Of a stretch of DNA of 64,000 bases, positions 59,701 through 64,000 are shown piece by piece. Position numbers and translations under genes: made by a program. Source of the stretch: Callorhinchus milii (Eukaryota). Below the pieces are notes generated by a model. That model made no database searches. It was given only the letters and a program-made list of their open reading frames with translations, and was not told the DNA's origin. The number at the start of each line of letters is the position of its first letter. Position 1 is the first letter of the stretch. The stretch lies in the NCBI RefSeq assembly GCF_018977255.1, contig NW_024704743.1:13642001-13706000 (forward strand). The letters run 5' to 3'.

Positions 59701-62700
59701 GTTTCAGTTGACCTGTGGGAGCTCCACTCCCCTCGGAAAGTAGATCCTGTTGGAGCAAAGTTCCCTCAGGTTGGCTTTACGTACTTCTGGTTAAGGTTCT
59801 GGAAAAAGGCTCCATTTATGCGAGTGGGAACTGTGTTATACTCCAAATTAGCTTTCTATGCCCCACTGAGAACGGAAGCAGAAATTACTGTATGAGATGT
59901 GCTGCTCTTATTAGCCTGTAGACAGAAGTGAGGTCAGGACATTGCTTGACACAAATTAATACTTCCTCCTTTGTCTCACACTGTTGGAAATGTCAATGGA
60001 GGCAGGCAATGTTGTGTTTGATGGATTTATGTGGAAGGGCAGGGCAGTGTTGCACAGTCTGTAATTTCAAGGTGCACTTTATGCTGGAGAAGCACAATGA
60101 CTCAGATACAGTAGCTCCACTTCTGCTTTGATGCTGGAAAACTGACTGAACAGTTATTAGTAAAAATGGTAAAAAAAAAGTAGTGACTGCATTTTTGTAG
60201 GCAAAGTGCAGCAGCCAATTGGTGCACAGCAATGTCCCACAACCAGCAATAAATGGCAGAACAGGCTCAACAGGCTGAATGCCACCCTCCTCTTCCTCAA
60301 AACAAGTTAGTAATAGATGAATTACCAACAGTATTGGTAATAGTTTTCTGCAGTGCTCAAATTTTTCATAAGACAATAAGAGGGCTGTGGAGAAGCTTTC
60401 AAAAAGGAGTAAACTACAGGGATATGGGGAAAGGACAGTAAACACGACTGAAAGGATTGCTCTTAAAAAAGCCAGTACAGACACAATGGGCTGAATGGGA
60501 TTCCCCTGTGCTGTAAATTTCTACGGTAGGGTTACTGCCCTGACTTTCACTTTATATATAAAAAAAATTTCAGCATTTCTAGCAATCTGGCTTTGGGACG
60601 ATGAAGCCAAAGTGCTTTCTTTGTACTCTTGTGAATATGACAATTATTGACCCAACATTGATCCTCACAATGAATGGAAAAATTTCTGTGAGTTATTTGT
60701 TCATTCCTAGTACACGTACAACTGCTGAAGGTGTAGAAATGGTTGCAGCGCGGGTAAGATCGATAGCACTCGATCTATGATTCATTATTGATACTAGATT
60801 TATGATTCATGAATAAACAACGACCTGTACACCTCAAATGTTGGACCCTTGTCCTTGCCGGCATTTGCTCATCACCTTGCACCAATCTGCTAGACCTAAC
60901 CATTGCTTCCTAACATAGGCAAATCATTGCACAAGCTACATACAAACCCACCCGAGCAAGGCAAATGGACAGTTCAGCCACAATAACATTATTGTTAAAG
61001 ATGCCATGCAAATACTAGTGCTTGACCCAGCATAACTGTGACTTAAAAGAAACGTGGAGGAATTTAGTCTCTCCGGTTTTAAACTCAGATCAAATCATGT
61101 TGATGTGAAAACCTCCTATTACTGGGAAGACTGCTCCTCTCCTATGACAGCACTGAACAGTTGGAAATGAAGCTGTTTTTTCTGTTCCGTGCACTCCACA
61201 TAGCAGATTTGTTGATGTGGGATAAACACTATTCTATACCATTCTGCAATTGTTTGCGTTCAGTGCGAATTTGTCCCTGTTCAGTTATAAATGCAACATA
61301 ACATTAAACCATAAATAACATGTCACGCTGAATGTAAAGTTAAATTATAATTTAAAAATTGCATTACATTTATTCATAAGCACACAGGGACAAATTTGCT
61401 AGACTTACTGAATGGAACGCATTAGTGTTTTAGCCCACAGGAATGGATTCGCTGCCTGAAGCACACAGAACAGAACAATCCCCAAAGAATTTTATGGTTA
61501 TTTTTTCGAACAACAATATTTTTATTTAAAAAAACAGGGAAATGAAGTTCCCTGTGGACTCAATTCTTAACAGATTTGCACAGATATTTCAGCTATTGCT
61601 TTACCAATGCCTCTTGCAATACAGTGTGATATATCGGAGTGAATGATTTGTACAGTACCTCACTACAGGAAAGAGCCTTATACTAGTCAAGTGATGCTAT
61701 AATAGTTTCACTCATTTAAGTCGTCACTATTCTTGAGAGGAGCACTGACTGTTGTGCTTTTTCACAGCACAAGGGTACAGGAATGCTCTTTATACCATCA
61801 AGAAAGCTCTATCTTAAAGAAAAATATGAATGACATTAAAAAGTGAACTACTAGGGTATAAATGGCCACCAATCTTGGTAGTCAGATTACATATACAAAG
61901 TGCAGGTACAGCACATCTCGCTCAAAGCCAATTATGTCCCTTCAATTGCTCAGTTTTGTTGTGTACTGGGAATCCTCTCCTTTTACAAATCATAGGCAAA
62001 CCAATTTTTATCTGATTTCTTTGCAATCTGTGTGTTTCATTTTATGTTAAATACACACCGTGGCTATTTGATGGAAGAAGGATGTTACTGCCATAAGATG
62101 ATGGAAAACAGGTTTGCTCCCTGCAAGTGCAAAGGAAATACAGTACTTAAAAAGGCTTGCATGTCTCGGCATGTGGTCGTACATTTTCAACACAACAGCT
62201 GATGTAACCGCAATGACCTTCAGATAAAATAACTTCTTCTTCAACTTCTCATCGCTCAGGCTCTGAGCCAGACATCAGTGCAGTCAGTGTGTTATAGAAC
62301 TGAATCAAGAGTACACTACATTTGGATAAAAATATAAAGGCATAATCATTCGGACAGACTTCTTATATAAAAATATTTGTTTCTCTTTGGCAAGCGCATG
62401 TAAAGAGAACTCAGTCCCCTGAGGGCTGTATTGCTGTAAATCTCGATCTCTTCCGTTCCTAGTCTCTGTTCTTCTCCACCAGCACTTTGTTTTCTGACGT
62501 TGAACGTTTTATTTTAAAGGAAGTCTAAGCCTCACTGACAGGTCTCCCATCTGCATTGCCAGCCTCAGGAATGCTTCCCAGCTGTAGAATTACGCAAATA
62601 CAGAATTATCAGGTCTCCGGAAAATCTGGAGAAGGTTTCTCTCTTCCACATATGGAAGATTCTGGAGAAGGAGCAATCCACTGTCTGATGTGTAGCAGGT

Positions 62701-62715
62701 GACCCATCTGGCAGC

Positions 62716-62814
62716 TCACTGGTCTTTTTGGACCCAGTTCCAACTCTCTTCACTGTCCTTCCTGTTCTTCTCAGCTTCAATGATTTCTTTGTACTTTCGG
62801 CGAAAGAAGCCAAG
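62716..62814 (-). CDS. ITGA9: Integrin alpha-9, final coding exon (cytoplasmic tail); the rest of the gene lies beyond the right edge
   Basis: Polypyrimidine tract + tag acceptor, then LGFFRRKYKEIIEAEKNRKDSEESWNWVQKDQ*, close to the recalled ITGA9 tail MGFFRRRYKEIIEAEKNRKENEDSWDWVQKNQ (GFFKR-type motif). The ORF track reports this region in another frame. Confidence 0.95.
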   Translation of the reverse strand, partial: LGFFRRKYKEIIEAEKNRKDSEESWNWVQKDQ

Positions 62815-63154
62815 CTAGAGAAAAGGAAACCAGAGTCAAACAAAATAACAGCACAAAACTATTGCACACAATAGCGTGAAAAATTATCTCTTTGACTACA
62901 CTTTCGGTCATCTTTGCCCTCCTCGTTCACTTCAACTCCCACACTCAGCTCCGGTGGTAAGCCAGAATTGCCAAGTGCTTTGGGACTTCCTCCTGATGTA
63001 AAAGACCTAAATAAATCTATGAAGCCATTATGAAACATTACATTTTGCACCTCAACATCGCAGCCACTGTCAACCATTCTTTGCTGCAAATGTAATCATA
63101 GCATTAAAACAGATCATTCCTGGAATTTTCTTGTTACTTATAATAAGAATCCTA

Positions 63155-63985
63155 CATTTTGGTATAGCGCCTTTCATGTTGGGAGTACGCCCCAAAGCGC
63201 TTCACAGGATTTACTGTAAAGAGTAATTAATGACTGCGTATTTTGTAGGTGAACGCAGCAGCTAATTATCACACAGCAATGTCCCACAAACAGCTATGAA
63301 GTAAAATGATCAATTTTATCTGGGGGATTGTTGGCCAGAACACTTGGAGAAATTTCCTTCTCTTTTCAAGTCGTGCCATGGGATGTTTAACATCCACAAC
63401 GGTTTAATATCTCATCTGAACTTATACAAAACCTTGGTTAGATCACATTTGAAGTACTATGTCCAATTCTGATCTCACTATAAGAAGGATATAGCAGTAA
63501 TGGAATGATTACAGTGTAGGTTAACGAACATGATACCAGGGCTAGCAGTTTATTCTATTAGGATAGACTGGATAGGTTAGGCCTTTCCTCAAAGAAAAGA
63601 CATTTGAGGGGACACCTAATAAAAATGTTTAAAATTATAAAAGGATTCAATAAATTTAACATAAATAGGCTGTTTCCACTCATTGGGACGTCCGTTCCCA
63701 CGGACACAAATATAAGCTAGCAACCAGGGGATCAAAAAGAGAATTTAGGAGGAACTACTTCACACAGAGGTTGGTGAGATTGTAGAATGCTGCTTGAAGT
63801 GGTGGTTGAATCAGTTAGTGTAGATGTATTCCAGAGGAAGCTAGACCTTCACATGAGGAAGAGGGGAATAGAAGGGAATAGGCAGGAGTAAGTAATGGGG
63901 AAGACTTATTGGAGTATAAACATCAGCACGGACTGGTTGGGCCGTGTGGCCTATTTTCATGTGGTACACTCTTTGTATATCTTTG
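63155..63985. mobile_element. DeuSINE-like element (-, 63155-63420) and a CR1 3' fragment (+, 63420-63985) in the last ITGA9 intron
   Basis: SINE tail/core; CR1 LYKTLVRSHLKYYVQF and ttcacacagaggttggtgag..gaatgc. Confidence 0.8.
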
Positions 63986-64000
63986 AACGACGACACCTTC

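Noticed and set aside
62565..62843. 92-aa ORF MFDSGFLFSS...
   Set aside because: Wrong frame over the ITGA9 terminal exon; the real frame reads LGFFRRKYKE...
1..64000. CRISPR arrays, rRNA, prokaryotic or viral systems
   Set aside because: None seen; the sequence is spliceosomal-intron-containing vertebrate DNA and its regular repeats are micro- or minisatellites.

Overview
Vertebrate genomic DNA. The SINE/L2/CR1 content points to a cartilaginous fish, probably a holocephalan (inference). Three protein-coding loci lie on the minus strand: (1) a complete MCUR1 gene, ATG at 25204 in a CpG island, stop at 4093, with nine canonical exons found by hand; (2) an intronless RGS9BP/R9AP-family gene at 30837-31601; (3) the last coding exon of ITGA9 at 62716-62814. 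The main anomaly is an apparently identical 4,795-bp tandem duplication (7672-12466 / 12467-17261) inside MCUR1. It copies exons 4 and 5 (both phase 0, 144 nt together), so the gene can splice 3-4-5-4-5-6 in frame and add 48 aa to the coiled-coil stalk (300 to 348 aa). The junction has only 3 bp of microhomology (CCA), and both parental breakpoints abut hairpin-forming sequence. Much of the remainder is retroelement: young L2 LINEs (one with about 563 open codons), CR1 fragments with nested insertions, tRNA-derived SINEs, DeuSINE-like elements, and an RTE-like LINE family with an unusual long 3' region. Most entries in the ORF track are repeat-derived or spurious. Comparisons with human and Xenopus proteins are from memory, not from searches.
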